47,777 nucleotides of DNA, taken from assembly GCA_039801565.1 (NCBI GenBank), contig JBDRUX010000005.1, forward strand, positions 1 through 47,777, written 5' to 3'. Made by a program: the position numbers and the translations under genes. Under the pieces are notes generated by a model. That model saw nothing but the letters and a program-made list of their open reading frames with translations. It searched no databases and had not been told where the DNA came from. This document shows, piece by piece, positions 19,712 through 29,970 of this stretch (the first letter of the stretch is position 1; every line of letters begins with the position of its first letter). This DNA is from a candidate division WOR-3 bacterium. GTDB lineage: Bacteria; Hydrothermota; Tepidihabitantia; Tepidihabitantales; JAOUPE01.

Positions 19712-22037
19712 ATTCACTTAAGATACTTTCGGCAATAGTTTGAGTAGCGGTGTGATTGAGTAAGCCCAAAATTTTTGCCTTTTCCGCCATCGCATAAAGC
19801 ACTTGAGGGTTTTCGAATAATTGTTTCAGTTGCTTTCCAACCAATTCGGCTTTTGGAATATGGATACCCACGCCGGCTTTTTCGATATTTTGGGCAAAGG
19901 TCAGTTCTTGGGCTGAGCCGGCTCTTGGTGTAATAAGTAACATCGGTTTTCCTAAGGTGAGCGCTTCCGAGATTGTTACCGCACCCGGCTTAGTGATTAT
20001 AATATCAGCCGCCCACATCACCCCACTAACATCGGGTAAGGCGACATAAGGCCGAATTGGAATCGGTGCTTTTTCAATCAATGACCGACATTGCGCCAAT
20101 GCCTTTTTGTTTTTGCCAAAAACGACTATCATTTGGCATTTGAAATTAGTCTGGCAAACCGATTTGATTACTGCTGGATAATCAACCATCTTACCTAAAA
20201 ACCCACCCATCACGGTGACGGTTGGTAAATTAGGGTCTAAGTCAAGCAATTTTCGCTGCTCAGGAATTGGTACCTTTTGCACATTCAAAGAACTTAACTT
20301 TTGTGGGATACCAGAAATTTTAATTTTCGCCTCAGCAACACCCAATCGTTTTAACTTTTCGGCAACAAAACTATTACCAACATAGTAGCGATTTATCCAG
20401 TCTTGGACCCAAAGCGAATGTGCCGAGTAGTCCACAATCACGGTTTCGAATTTGTGAACAAAATTTTTTCTGATTAAAGGAAATAAAGTGTTAACCTCCG
20501 GCTGAAAAGAAAGGATTAAATCAACTTTATTACCCAATAAGTTTAATACCCTTAACAGTGCCTTTTGGAAAATAATTTTCAAAACGAACCTACTGAGATT
20601 GGAAAAAAACGAATGTCTTGACTCCAGATGCTGATAACCGTGGCGCCAGAACTTAGGTAAATAAAGGTCGCCCAAGCGTGCCAACCAATCTAACCATTTG
20701 CCTATAGTAGTGTAGTCAAGCAAATTAAAAAGTTGAACAGCATACTGCTTTCTGCTTTCTGCTTTCTGCCTTCCGAGATACTCAGCCAATGCCTCGGCGG
20801 GAAAACGGTGACCACCTTTCCGCGAGGAATAGAGTAGACAAATTTTTTTTGGGAGAGACAAATTTTTGGATTGTGGGTTCCATTTTAATGAAAATCTTCT
20901 CCTTGACCGAGTTCGAAAATCTCTCAAAAGTTCAATATAAAAAGTTTCCACCCGCTTGGCGATATTTTGCCAATCGTATTCTTTCGCTTTCTTTAATCCA
21001 TTGGTGATAAACCTCTTTCTCAAATCATCATCGGTTAATAGTTGGATTATTTTTGTTGCTAAATCAGTTGCATCCTTTGGATTGAACAGCAAACCATTTT
21101 CGTTATCCCCTAATAATTCCTGATAACCAGGAAAATTGGAGGCGACTATCGGTTTGCCCATTGCCATTGCTTCTAAGATTACAATTGAAGTTGCTTCGGC
21201 AATTGCTGTTGGAACACAGTAAAGGTCACAACTGGCATAAAATCTTGGCAAATCCTCATTGGGCACAAAACCGACAAATCGAACCGAATCACCAATTTTT
21301 AAAATCTGTACCAACTTTTGGAAATGACTCGCTTCGGCGCCCTCGCCAACGACAATAAGCATTACATCTGGGATTTTTCGTTTTATTTCAGGCAAGGCGG
21401 AAAGTAAAATGGATAGTCCTTTTCTTTTTTCTAATCTACCGACATAAAGAATCTTTCTCCCCGAATGGTCGAATTCGGTTAACGGTTTTACATTCGGGTT
21501 GAATTTAGTGGTATCAATTCCATTGGGAATAATTTGGAATTGATTCGGAACAAGCGGTTCGATCTTCTCTTTGGTGATTTTCGATACCGCAATTTTGCCA
21601 TGAATCTTTTGATTATGATTTTTAAACAGACTGCGGTAGAATTTGACCGAAGACAAAAAATTTGGAACATTAATCGTATGAAAGGTCACAACATTGATTG
21701 AATTCGAGTAGTGGCAAGCAAAGAAAGCTAACTCCGGAGGCGCAAATCCGTGACTGTGCACAATATCAAAATTATGCCGGCGAAGAAAATTTCTTACTTG
21801 TAAGGGGAGGTTTAATCCAACCGGCAAAGTGAATTTGGAGCCAAACGCTGGCAAAAAAAGGGCTCTGCCCATCCGGATGACTGGAAAGTCTTCATCGCGA
21901 CTCATCGCCGGATAAGAAGTTGTGAGGATTGCAACCGAATGTCCCAGCGCTTTGAGATTTTTGGCTAAATTGTAAACATGAATTGAAACACCTGAAGTAT
22001 AAGGTAAGTAGGCAGATGAGACCAAAAGAATTTTCAT
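19698..22037 (-). CDS. Fused glycosyltransferase: N-terminal GT4 (PimA-like) plus C-terminal GT28/MGDG-synthase-like
   Basis: VGRLEKRKG and LEAMAMGKP (GT4); GGH, ISGIP, IITKPGAVTISEA and QE (GT28). Confidence 0.85.
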   Translation of the reverse strand: MKILLVSSAYLPYTSGVSIHVYNLAKNLKALGHSVAILTTSYPAMSRDEDFPVIRMGRALFLPAFGSKFTLPVGLNLPLQVRNFLRRHNFDIVHSHGFAPPELAFFACHYSNSINVVTFHTINVPNFLSSVKFYRSLFKNHNQKIHGKIAVSKITKEKIEPLVPNQFQIIPNGIDTTKFNPNVKPLTEFDHSGRKILYVGRLEKRKGLSILLSALPEIKRKIPDVMLIVVGEGAEASHFQKLVQILKIGDSVRFVGFVPNEDLPRFYASCDLYCVPTAIAEATSIVILEAMAMGKPIVASNFPGYQELLGDNENGLLFNPKDATDLATKIIQLLTDDDLRKRFITNGLKKAKEYDWQNIAKRVETFYIELLRDFRTRSRRRFSLKWNPQSKNLSLPKKICLLYSSRKGGHRFPAEALAEYLGRQKAESRKQYAVQLFNLLDYTTIGKWLDWLARLGDLYLPKFWRHGYQHLESRHSFFSNLSRFVLKIIFQKALLRVLNLLGNKVDLILSFQPEVNTLFPLIRKNFVHKFETVIVDYSAHSLWVQDWINRYYVGNSFVAEKLKRLGVAEAKIKISGIPQKLSSLNVQKVPIPEQRKLLDLDPNLPTVTVMGGFLGKMVDYPAVIKSVCQTNFKCQMIVVFGKNKKALAQCRSLIEKAPIPIRPYVALPDVSGVMWAADIIITKPGAVTISEALTLGKPMLLITPRAGSAQELTFAQNIEKAGVGIHIPKAELVGKQLKQLFENPQVLYAMAEKAKILGLLNHTATQTIAESILSEFNNY

Positions 22038-22477
22038 TTACCAGTATGACCGAAACCTCTTTTTCCACGTTTGGTAGTAGAAAGTTTTTTGACTTGCTTG
22101 AAATCCACATTTAACACCTGGGCGAAGACAAGTTGAGCGATTCGGTCACCTTTTTTAATCTCGAATTTCTTTTTACTAAAATTGAAAAGGATAACAATGA
22201 TCTCGCCTCGATAGTCAGAATCAATTGTCCCTGGACCATTAAGAATTCCAATGCCATGACGAAGCGCCAAACCCGAGCGGGGACGAACTTGCGCCTCAAC
22301 TGATTCGGGAATTTCTAAGGCAATGCCGGTAGGAATACCTCGAAAACTGTGTGGCGGAATGACCGCATCAATAGCTGAAACAAGGTCATACCCAACCGCA
22401 CCAACGGTCTTCTTTTCTGGTAATTTTTTGATATCGCGAACGAATTTTATTTTAACGAAAATTTTCTTTGGCTTCAT
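22034..22477 (-). CDS. dut: dUTP diphosphatase
   Basis: GYDL, RPRSGLA, GTIDSDYRGE, GDRIAQ, RGKRGFGHTG. Confidence 0.97.
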   Translation of the reverse strand: MKPKKIFVKIKFVRDIKKLPEKKTVGAVGYDLVSAIDAVIPPHSFRGIPTGIALEIPESVEAQVRPRSGLALRHGIGILNGPGTIDSDYRGEIIVILFNFSKKKFEIKKGDRIAQLVFAQVLNVDFKQVKKLSTTKRGKRGFGHTGK

Positions 22478-22487
22478 TGCAAAACCC

Positions 22488-23366
22488 TCAGCGCCAATCG
22501 GCTCTAAAAACAAACCACTGGTCAGGGTATTGAGCAATTAATTGGTTAATTCTTTTCACAATTATCTTCGTTAAATTATAAACATCTTGTTGGAAATCTT
22601 CGCTTGTTGCAAAATCAAATTCGGGTTCAATTACACCTAAATAAGGTTTGCTACCCTTGGGGTTAAGCACAAAATAACCAAAAATGATCGGAACCTTAAA
22701 TTTTAAGGCAAAGGCGGCTGGACCTTTAGGATAAGACCGTTTCGCATCAAAACAACTAAATTCCAAGCCCCGGCCAGTCAAATCCCGGTCGGCTAACAAA
22801 ACTAAAGTTCTTTTTTCTTTCAAGACGCGCTCAATGGCGTCTTTGTTTGTCAAAGGGATCAACTCCATTCCTCCAATACCTCGATAACGGTTCATTGCAT
22901 TGGTCACACCTTTTGGGATTGGTTCGACCACGGCAGTCAATTTGTAGCCTAAACGGCTTAAGAAGATACCGGCTAAATCCCAGTTACCAATATGCGCCGA
23001 AATTAAAATCGCTCCTTTCCCTTTAGCTAAGGTTCGGTCAAGATATTCTTTGCCACTAAGTTGAACCATACTCAACAATTTTTCTTTTGTCAATAACGGA
23101 GCCCGGAATAAATCGGCTAAGCATATTGAGTAATTAATAAAAAGGCGTCGAGTATAATTGTTAATCTCGGAATTGGGCGAATTCGTCCCTAAAATGTGTC
23201 TCATATTATCAGAAATTCGGCAGCGGCGGTCTTTGTCAGCAAAAAAATAGATATTACCCAATATCCTCGCCAACCAAATCGAAAACCAACGCGGCAGAAA
23301 AACTTGTAACAAAGTGGCAAGGGGCATCAGTCGGACTTTTAAATTAACTCGTTCCTTATTTTTCAT
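22488..23366 (-). CDS. LpxL/PatA family lipid acyltransferase
   Basis: GKGAILISAHIGNWD, LLADRD, YPDQW. Confidence 0.88.
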   Translation of the reverse strand: MKNKERVNLKVRLMPLATLLQVFLPRWFSIWLARILGNIYFFADKDRRCRISDNMRHILGTNSPNSEINNYTRRLFINYSICLADLFRAPLLTKEKLLSMVQLSGKEYLDRTLAKGKGAILISAHIGNWDLAGIFLSRLGYKLTAVVEPIPKGVTNAMNRYRGIGGMELIPLTNKDAIERVLKEKRTLVLLADRDLTGRGLEFSCFDAKRSYPKGPAAFALKFKVPIIFGYFVLNPKGSKPYLGVIEPEFDFATSEDFQQDVYNLTKIIVKRINQLIAQYPDQWFVFRADWR

Positions 23367-23796
23367 CTTTGCTGTCGACCTTAAAGTAATCTTTTATTGC
23401 TTTTTTGGCTAACCGGTCGGCTTGGGTATTCAGTTCGCGGGGTAAAAGTTCTAAGATTGCATCGGGAAACAATTTTAGTAATTTTATAGCCCGGTCGTGA
23501 TATTTCTTTAATTCGTTATTTTTTACTTTATAGCTTCCTTTTATTTGCCGAAACAAAAGTTCCGAATCGGTCCGAAAGACAATTCGATATTTAGCAAATT
23601 TTAGAGCTTGTTTTAAAGCGGTCAAAAAGGCTTCATATTCTGCCTGGTTATTGGTCCGGGGTCCGAGGAAATGGCTAATTGTTTTCACAACTGAACCGTC
23701 TTTTCGCTGTAGGATAATACCAATGCCGGCAGGACCGGGATTGCCCTGAGCCGCACCATCGAAGTTGACGATTATTTCTTCTACTACTTCCTTCAT
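23356..23796 (-). CDS. rnhA: Ribonuclease HI
   Basis: DGAAQGNPGPAG, TNNQAEY, DSELL, NTQADRLA. Confidence 0.93.
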   Translation of the reverse strand: MKEVVEEIIVNFDGAAQGNPGPAGIGIILQRKDGSVVKTISHFLGPRTNNQAEYEAFLTALKQALKFAKYRIVFRTDSELLFRQIKGSYKVKNNELKKYHDRAIKLLKLFPDAILELLPRELNTQADRLAKKAIKDYFKVDSKDEK

Positions 23797-23913
23797 TCCG
23801 CTAATTTAACTCTTGAACGGTATCAACTCCCTTAAATCTACCTATCGGGATTGGAAAGAGTAACTCTGTGGCAAATTCCACCCAAAACGGGGAGTCAACC
23901 CGATTCGGGTCGA

Positions 23914-24636
23914 CTATGGAATTGGGTATGTCAAAATTCTGCCGCAATAATCACAAAAATAAAGTCTTTCGCTTTTTCGTATCTCTAAAATGACCTGGGG
24001 TGGAATGGGATTAAGACAACCGCTACACTTTTCATTTTTAACGACAACCACGGCTAAACCTCCCTTACTCTTTCGGATTCTTTCATAGACATTAAGAATA
24101 TCCTTGGCTAAATTTTCACAAACTTTTTTTCTTTCATCTTCTCGCGCCTGGATAGCGGTCTGAATGTTCTGGGCATCTTTTTCCAAAGCCCAAATTTTGG
24201 CTTGGGTTTCAGTTTCAATTTCGGCTAATTCTTTAGTTAAAGTGGCAATCTTTTTCTCGGTCGTTTCGGTCAGTTCTAAGTCTTCGAGCATTCGGTCTTC
24301 CACTTGATTTTTCGCTAATTTTTGATTTTCAATTTCTTTTAGAAAAGCTTTGTATTGTTCATTAGTTTTGGCTTGGTAGAGTTGAACCGAATACTGGGCA
24401 ATTTTTTCTTCAATTGATTTTAGTTCCAGTTCGGCGAGTTTGTATTTCTTTTTCAGTTCTTGTAGGTGATGTTTTTCATTGTCTAATTCATCTTTTACCG
24501 ATTTAACAGCTAATTTTAACCCTTCAATCTTTTTTGGTATTTCTTGATTTTTGAAAGCAAGGGTAGCCAATTCGTTATCAATCTGTTGAAGAACGGTAAG
24601 CAGATTTAAAACTTCAAGCATTGCTGGTGGCGGCAT
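23914..24636 (-). CDS. Coiled-coil C4 zinc-ribbon protein (DUF164/CT398-like)
   Basis: Long coiled coil then CSGC...CDYCGRIL; true start may be 24621. Confidence 0.9.
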   Translation of the reverse strand: MPPPAMLEVLNLLTVLQQIDNELATLAFKNQEIPKKIEGLKLAVKSVKDELDNEKHHLQELKKKYKLAELELKSIEEKIAQYSVQLYQAKTNEQYKAFLKEIENQKLAKNQVEDRMLEDLELTETTEKKIATLTKELAEIETETQAKIWALEKDAQNIQTAIQAREDERKKVCENLAKDILNVYERIRKSKGGLAVVVVKNEKCSGCLNPIPPQVILEIRKSERLYFCDYCGRILTYPIP

Positions 24637-24644
24637 TAAAAATT

Positions 24645-24680
24645 AAAGGGTGGGTTCGCGGTTGGCGAGCCACACCCTTT
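24645..24680 (-). terminator. Hairpin 3' of tRNA-Val
   Basis: aaagggtgtggctcgc/gcgaacccacccttt then aattttt on the minus strand. Confidence 0.6.
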
Positions 24681-24687
24681 CGCTTAG

Positions 24688-24763
24688 TGGGCGATACCCG
24701 ACTTGAACGGGTGGCCTCTTCCATGTCAAGGAAGCGCTCTAACCAAAGCTGAGCTAATCGCCC
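24688..24763 (-). tRNA. tRNA-Val(GAC)
   Basis: GGGCGAT acceptor, TAGCTCAG D arm, CTTCC-TT-GAC-AT-GGAAG anticodon arm, GTTCAAGTC T loop; CCA not encoded. Confidence 0.96.
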
Positions 24764-24874
24764 AACACTTGTCATAAAGTTATGTTTATAGTAATGATTT
24801 TTAGCAAATTGTCAACAGGTTCAATCGGCAATTTAAATCTTTTGAGTTTTTTAACCGTTACCGTGATTTAGGAA

Positions 24875-26326
24875 TTAGGTCTTGCTGAAAACTTCTTGAT
24901 AGATCGCGGGGAAAACATCTTTGCCACCAATGAACATTAGACTTAAAGGCATAAAATGTTTTGCCGCCTCGACCATCTTTTTGGTTTTATTCCTAATATC
25001 CCATTGAGCGGTTTTGTCTTCGCGCAGACGGGAGATGTGATAAAGTTCGCGAGCATTTACTGAGAGTAAAACTCGTTTTTGATGGGCATTGGTGAGAATG
25101 TATTGTGCCGCGATTGGTGATTTCTTGTAAATCTTGTCGTAGATATCTTCGGTTTTTTTAATAATTTCGTTGAAGTTATCTTTTTCACCGATCTCAATAA
25201 TTGATTTAGGAATTGTGATGCCTAATGATGGGTCATAAGGTTTGGCAATAATTGTTGCCATCCGATGACGCTTTAATTGAGCAAAACAAGCGGCGGAAAC
25301 AACTAAATCATAAGTAAGATTGATATACTCAAATTCCCGAGGCATCGCATCATAAAATTTTAGATGGCGGGCAACGGTCTTTAAAATTTCTTTTTTCTGA
25401 TATTGCATTAACTTTTGTGCCTTTTTTAGACATTTATGAAACGGCAGGTTAGAGGTACGGTAGATAAGAGCAGCGATGAGAATGTTGTCAGCATCTGGAG
25501 TATAATAGACCAATTGGACATCGTCGCCCTGAAATAAACCATTCTCGGTTCCTAAGATTTTTTCAACTTTATGGGCAAGTTCTAAATAGGTTTTCTGGTC
25601 ATATTCATTGGCTTGGTGGAAAATGACAATGGAGGGTGCAACTTTTTCCGTAAGGGCAAAAAGTTTTGTCCCAAGCTCCCGAATTTCACTCAAGTTGTGA
25701 GAAGCAAATCGCCGTAACATTAATTCCAAGTTCCGAGCATTTATCGTTGCTCCTAACTGGCTGGTTGTGGCTAAAGCAGTGATGTAGCGGGCGTCTTCTT
25801 TGGCATAATTACAGACACTGGCTCGCTGGGAATCTTTCGTTGGGTATTGTTTAAGAAAGTAATCTTCCAGTTTAGTAAGTAATTGTTGGTAGTAACGATT
25901 TTGAATTGTTATGATATTAATAAAATCGTTTAGGTAACCGGATTGACGAATCTCTTCGGGTATAACAAAATTATTTTCTAATGGAACATAGCGCTGCGAT
26001 TTTTCGGTATAGGAGTTAAGTCGGAAGCCTTCCAGAGTCTCAACGGCTAAACGAGAAATCCCGACGATATCAAAATTAAAAACTGCATGCTCAGCAATCG
26101 AGTGGTGTCCCATTTCGAAAATAATATTCCGGTTTGATTTTCGTGCTTTTTCAACCTCTTTGCGGGCGATTTTTCTTAATTCTGCCGGCGATTGGGAACT
26201 CCGACTGATTCGGGCATACGCCGCCGAAATCGTCTCTGGCGTTAGAACGACTTTTCGTTTCTTGCCGCGCGCTAACTCTTTAAGAGTCTCCAAATCAACA
26301 TTATAACCAGCTAAGGTTATTTCCAT
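24875..26326 (-). CDS. thyX: FAD-dependent thymidylate synthase, tandem two-domain form
   Basis: GHHSIAEHA, SYTEKSQRY, QLKRHR, AQWDIR; two NAR-containing halves. Confidence 0.9.
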   Translation of the reverse strand: MEITLAGYNVDLETLKELARGKKRKVVLTPETISAAYARISRSSQSPAELRKIARKEVEKARKSNRNIIFEMGHHSIAEHAVFNFDIVGISRLAVETLEGFRLNSYTEKSQRYVPLENNFVIPEEIRQSGYLNDFINIITIQNRYYQQLLTKLEDYFLKQYPTKDSQRASVCNYAKEDARYITALATTSQLGATINARNLELMLRRFASHNLSEIRELGTKLFALTEKVAPSIVIFHQANEYDQKTYLELAHKVEKILGTENGLFQGDDVQLVYYTPDADNILIAALIYRTSNLPFHKCLKKAQKLMQYQKKEILKTVARHLKFYDAMPREFEYINLTYDLVVSAACFAQLKRHRMATIIAKPYDPSLGITIPKSIIEIGEKDNFNEIIKKTEDIYDKIYKKSPIAAQYILTNAHQKRVLLSVNARELYHISRLREDKTAQWDIRNKTKKMVEAAKHFMPLSLMFIGGKDVFPAIYQEVFSKT

Positions 26327-26421
26327 CCTTTATATAAGATAATTAATTATGGCTAATAGTCAAGATTATTTTCGGAGCGGCTAATGGTCATTTTGAGCTT
26401 CGGCGCTATTCTTTTAAATCC

Positions 26422-26449
26422 TTGACTAAAAATATTTAAAGTATATAAT
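26422..26449 (+). promoter_or_regulatory. Promoter
   Basis: TTGACT-N16-TATAAT. Confidence 0.7.
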
Positions 26450-26508
26450 TTCTAAGATAGCATCCAAGTTATTTTAGAGCAGAAGGGGATTTTAGCGATG
26501 GAAAGGAG

Positions 26509-28182
26509 GTGAAGATGTTGCCTAATAGTCGTAAGATTCATCCGCAGATTCTATTCGCTACCTGGTTTATTTTGTCAGTTACTATCCTTTGGCAACCAGT
26601 TCTGGCACAAATTGATGTCGGAGTGGTTGAAGTTTTAACACCCCGTGGGATTATTCGCAATATGAGCCAAATTTTACCCCGGGTCTTTCTACAAAATTTT
26701 AGTGGTGTTCCAGTTGAAACTTGCCGCGTCTTTCTCGAAATTGAAGAGGCCGATTACAGCGACACGGTAATAATATCCTTGCCGGCGTCGGTTCCAATCG
26801 TTCCAGTAGAATTTCGGCCCTGGATTGCCACGCCGCCGGATGAATACGAAGGCGCAGCCTGGATTGTATTACCGGGTGACACAAATCCTGATAACGACCT
26901 TCTTGAGTTTGAATTTGTGGTTGCTGATACCGGCTACTTTTTCCAAGTTGAATCCCTACCACCAGGTGTTAACCCGAAAAAACGGGTCAAATCCGGTGGG
27001 TCTTTGGTCCGTGGCTACAGAACCTTAGTTGATCAACTTGTTGATACTTTAATTTTTGCTTTCAAAGGAAATAATACGCGTGCCTTCTTAGCTTATAATG
27101 TCCGAGAAATGAACTGGCAATTTATGGAATCAATTCCTTATGCCTTGCCACCGAACAAACAAAAACGGGTCAAAAGTGGCGCAGCACTCTGTTATGATGG
27201 CGGAGATACAATTTATGCATTGAAGGGTAATAACACCTTAGAATTTTGGGCATATTCGGTCTTAGCTAATAGTTGGTTACAGAAAACCGATGTCCCAATT
27301 GGGGCCGGTAAGAAAGTTAAAGGTGGCGCCGGGTTGGCTTTCGTAAAGGAAGATGGTAAAAAATATGTTTATTGCTTAAAAGGAAATAAGACGAACGAAT
27401 TTTATAAATTCGACATCGCCAACGGTAATTGGATTACAACTTTAAGACCAGCACCGGGTGGCACAAAAGGATTCGGTCCGGGCAGTTGCATCGTCTATGA
27501 CAGTCTAAACCAACGCATTTACGCCTTGCAAGGGTCTACCAATCAATTATTCTATTATGACATAAAAGGTGACTCCTGGGTGGGTCGTGCCGGTATGCCA
27601 TTCGACAGCGATATATTAGAGACCGAAGGTAAGAAGGCAAAAGATGGTACCGCAATGACAATTGATGATTCCATAACAATCTATGCATTAAAAGGTGGTA
27701 CCCAAGAGTTTTGGTCCTATAACATCACTAAAGACAGTTGGTATGAAAAAGATACCATACCTTTAGGTTTGGCACGAAAAAAAGTGAAAGGCGGTGGCGC
27801 TTTAGTTTTTGTTGCAAAGAGCAGTGGCACAAAAGGTCGTGGTGAAGGTGAAATTTACGCCTTGAAGGGAAACAACACTAACGAGATGTATGTCTTTTTA
27901 ACCGAGGCGGTGCCCCCGAAAAAAGAGAGTGCAATTAACAGTTCGACTCGTGGAGACAAATCCGAATTCCGAATTTTGAATTTCGAAAGGGCGGTATCGA
28001 ATTCTTCCGGACTAGCGCCGTCCACAATTAAAATTTACAATGCGGCAGGTCGGCTCTTGAAACAATCTTTACTGGCGACTGATCACTCCGAGCATTTGAG
28101 GAACTTCGGTTCCGGCATCTATTTCTTATTTATCCAGAGGAAGGATTTCGGCCAAAGTCTTAAATTAGTCGTGGTGCGGTAA
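26509..28182 (+). CDS. Secreted Ig-like plus Kelch-like propeller protein with CTD
   Basis: Signal peptide, DTNPDND, KKVKGG..IYALKGNNTxEF repeats, IYNAAGRL..SGIYFL. Confidence 0.8.
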   Translation: MKMLPNSRKIHPQILFATWFILSVTILWQPVLAQIDVGVVEVLTPRGIIRNMSQILPRVFLQNFSGVPVETCRVFLEIEEADYSDTVIISLPASVPIVPVEFRPWIATPPDEYEGAAWIVLPGDTNPDNDLLEFEFVVADTGYFFQVESLPPGVNPKKRVKSGGSLVRGYRTLVDQLVDTLIFAFKGNNTRAFLAYNVREMNWQFMESIPYALPPNKQKRVKSGAALCYDGGDTIYALKGNNTLEFWAYSVLANSWLQKTDVPIGAGKKVKGGAGLAFVKEDGKKYVYCLKGNKTNEFYKFDIANGNWITTLRPAPGGTKGFGPGSCIVYDSLNQRIYALQGSTNQLFYYDIKGDSWVGRAGMPFDSDILETEGKKAKDGTAMTIDDSITIYALKGGTQEFWSYNITKDSWYEKDTIPLGLARKKVKGGGALVFVAKSSGTKGRGEGEIYALKGNNTNEMYVFLTEAVPPKKESAINSSTRGDKSEFRILNFERAVSNSSGLAPSTIKIYNAAGRLLKQSLLATDHSEHLRNFGSGIYFLFIQRKDFGQSLKLVVVR

Positions 28183-28341
28183 TTGATTGAGCAATTGAGC
28201 AGGCGCTTTGGTGAATAAATGGGTCGTTCCGCCTGAACGCGGAATTATATAGGTCATTTTTTTGAGGGCCTTGGGCACTTCAATTTACACCAAGCGCCTG
28301 CTATTAGGATTTTAATTCGCTTTCCCAGAATCCTGCCGGTC

Positions 28342-28369
28342 TTGACTTAATAAAAAAACTAATTACAAT
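28342..28369 (+). promoter_or_regulatory. Tryptophanase promoter
   Basis: TTGACT-N16-TACAAT. Confidence 0.65.
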
Positions 28370-28425
28370 GAACCTAATTACTTTTAGATAAATGCAGCGC
28401 AGATTTTAAAAAGTAAGGAGGCAGA

Positions 28426-29874
28426 ATGATTATTAAATTAGCTAATGGTAAAGAGTTGCCAGTGGAAACTCATAAGGCAAGAATGGTTCAGAAGATTAAC
28501 CTTGTCCCGGCTGACCAAAGGTTAAAGGCAATCGAAGAAGCCGGCTACAATACCTTCCAACTTAAGACCAAGGACATCTTTTTAGATATGCTCACCGATA
28601 GCGGGGTGAATGCGATGAGTGATAAGCAGTTCGCCGGCTTTATCACCACTGACGATGCCTACGCCGGTAGTATGACCTTTTATGAATTTGCCGAGGCGGT
28701 AAAGGATATCTTGGGTTACGAGTATGTGATGAATGTGCATCAAGGTCGGGCAGCCGAACATCTGCTCGCTAAGGTATTCATCAAACCTGGCGATGTGGTA
28801 CTGACCAATTATCATTTCACCACCACCAAAGTTCATATCGAAGAGACCGGCAAGGCGACCTGCTTAGAGATTTATATTGATGAGGCGCTCAATACCAAAA
28901 GCACCCACCCGTTCAAAGGCAATATGGACCCGCAAAAACTTAAAGACTGTATCCAACAATATGGCAAAGATAAAATTTCCTATGTCCGAATGGAAGCAAC
29001 GGCTAATCTCTTAGGTGGTCAGCCGTTCTCAATGGCAAATCTTAAAGAAGTGACTAAGATTGCTAAAGAGAATGGACTCTTAACCGTATTGGATGGCAGT
29101 TTAATCTGCGAGAATGCCTATCTGATAAGACAGAGAGAAAAGGGCTATGAGAATAAGACCGTGGCTGAGATTGTGAAAGAGATGTGTAGTCTGGTAGATT
29201 TGTTTTATATGAGTGGACGGAAGAATACTTGTGTTCGGGGTGGTTGTATTGCGACAAATCGAAAAGACCTTTTTGACAAAATCAAAGACTGGCTACCAGT
29301 TTATGAAGGCTTCTTCACTTATGGCGGTATGTCGCAACGGGAAGTTGGAATGATGGCGGTTGGAATGCGCGAGATGGTTGACCCAGAAGTTGCAGGTTGT
29401 GCAATTGAGCAGGTGAAATATTTTGTCAATCGGCTGGATGAGATTGGCATACCGGTTGTCACACCACCGGGTGGCTTAGCCTGTCATATTGATGCCCGAA
29501 GATTTGCCCCGCATATTCCAAAAGAAGAATATATTGCCGGTGCTGTGACCGCTGCTCTTTATATCGCATCGGGCGTGCGGTCAATGGAGCGTGGCACAAT
29601 TTCGATGGAACGGGCAAAAGACGGCACTGAAGTCTATGCTGATTTAGAGTTGACCCGGATTGCTATTCCCCGCCGGGTGTATACAATCTCCCAAATCGAA
29701 TATGCCATTGACCGAATCCAATGGTTATACCAGCATCGCGATTTAATCAAAGGTCTAAAGTTTATTGAAGAACCGCCAGTGCTTCGCTTCTTTATTGGCA
29801 AATTGGCTCCGCTTGACAATTGGGGGGCAAAACTTTGCGCTGCGTTCAAAAAGGACTTTGGACCTAATTTATGA
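28426..29874 (+). CDS. tnaA: Tryptophanase / tyrosine phenol-lyase family PLP enzyme
   Basis: DMLTDSG, HQGRAAE, MSGRK PLP lysine, RIAIPRRVYT; substrate (Trp or Tyr) uncertain. Confidence 0.85.
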   Translation: MIIKLANGKELPVETHKARMVQKINLVPADQRLKAIEEAGYNTFQLKTKDIFLDMLTDSGVNAMSDKQFAGFITTDDAYAGSMTFYEFAEAVKDILGYEYVMNVHQGRAAEHLLAKVFIKPGDVVLTNYHFTTTKVHIEETGKATCLEIYIDEALNTKSTHPFKGNMDPQKLKDCIQQYGKDKISYVRMEATANLLGGQPFSMANLKEVTKIAKENGLLTVLDGSLICENAYLIRQREKGYENKTVAEIVKEMCSLVDLFYMSGRKNTCVRGGCIATNRKDLFDKIKDWLPVYEGFFTYGGMSQREVGMMAVGMREMVDPEVAGCAIEQVKYFVNRLDEIGIPVVTPPGGLACHIDARRFAPHIPKEEYIAGAVTAALYIASGVRSMERGTISMERAKDGTEVYADLELTRIAIPRRVYTISQIEYAIDRIQWLYQHRDLIKGLKFIEEPPVLRFFIGKLAPLDNWGAKLCAAFKKDFGPNL

Positions 29875-29970
29875 GATAACGAATAGTACGAATTATAGCG
29901 AATTTCTCGAATTTGCCCGAGGTGGATTAAAATTTGCTGTAATTCGGATTATTCGCATTAAAAGGAGGCG

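Noticed and set aside
28370..28425. tnaC-like leader peptide
   Set aside because: Short leader with no Trp-containing ORF
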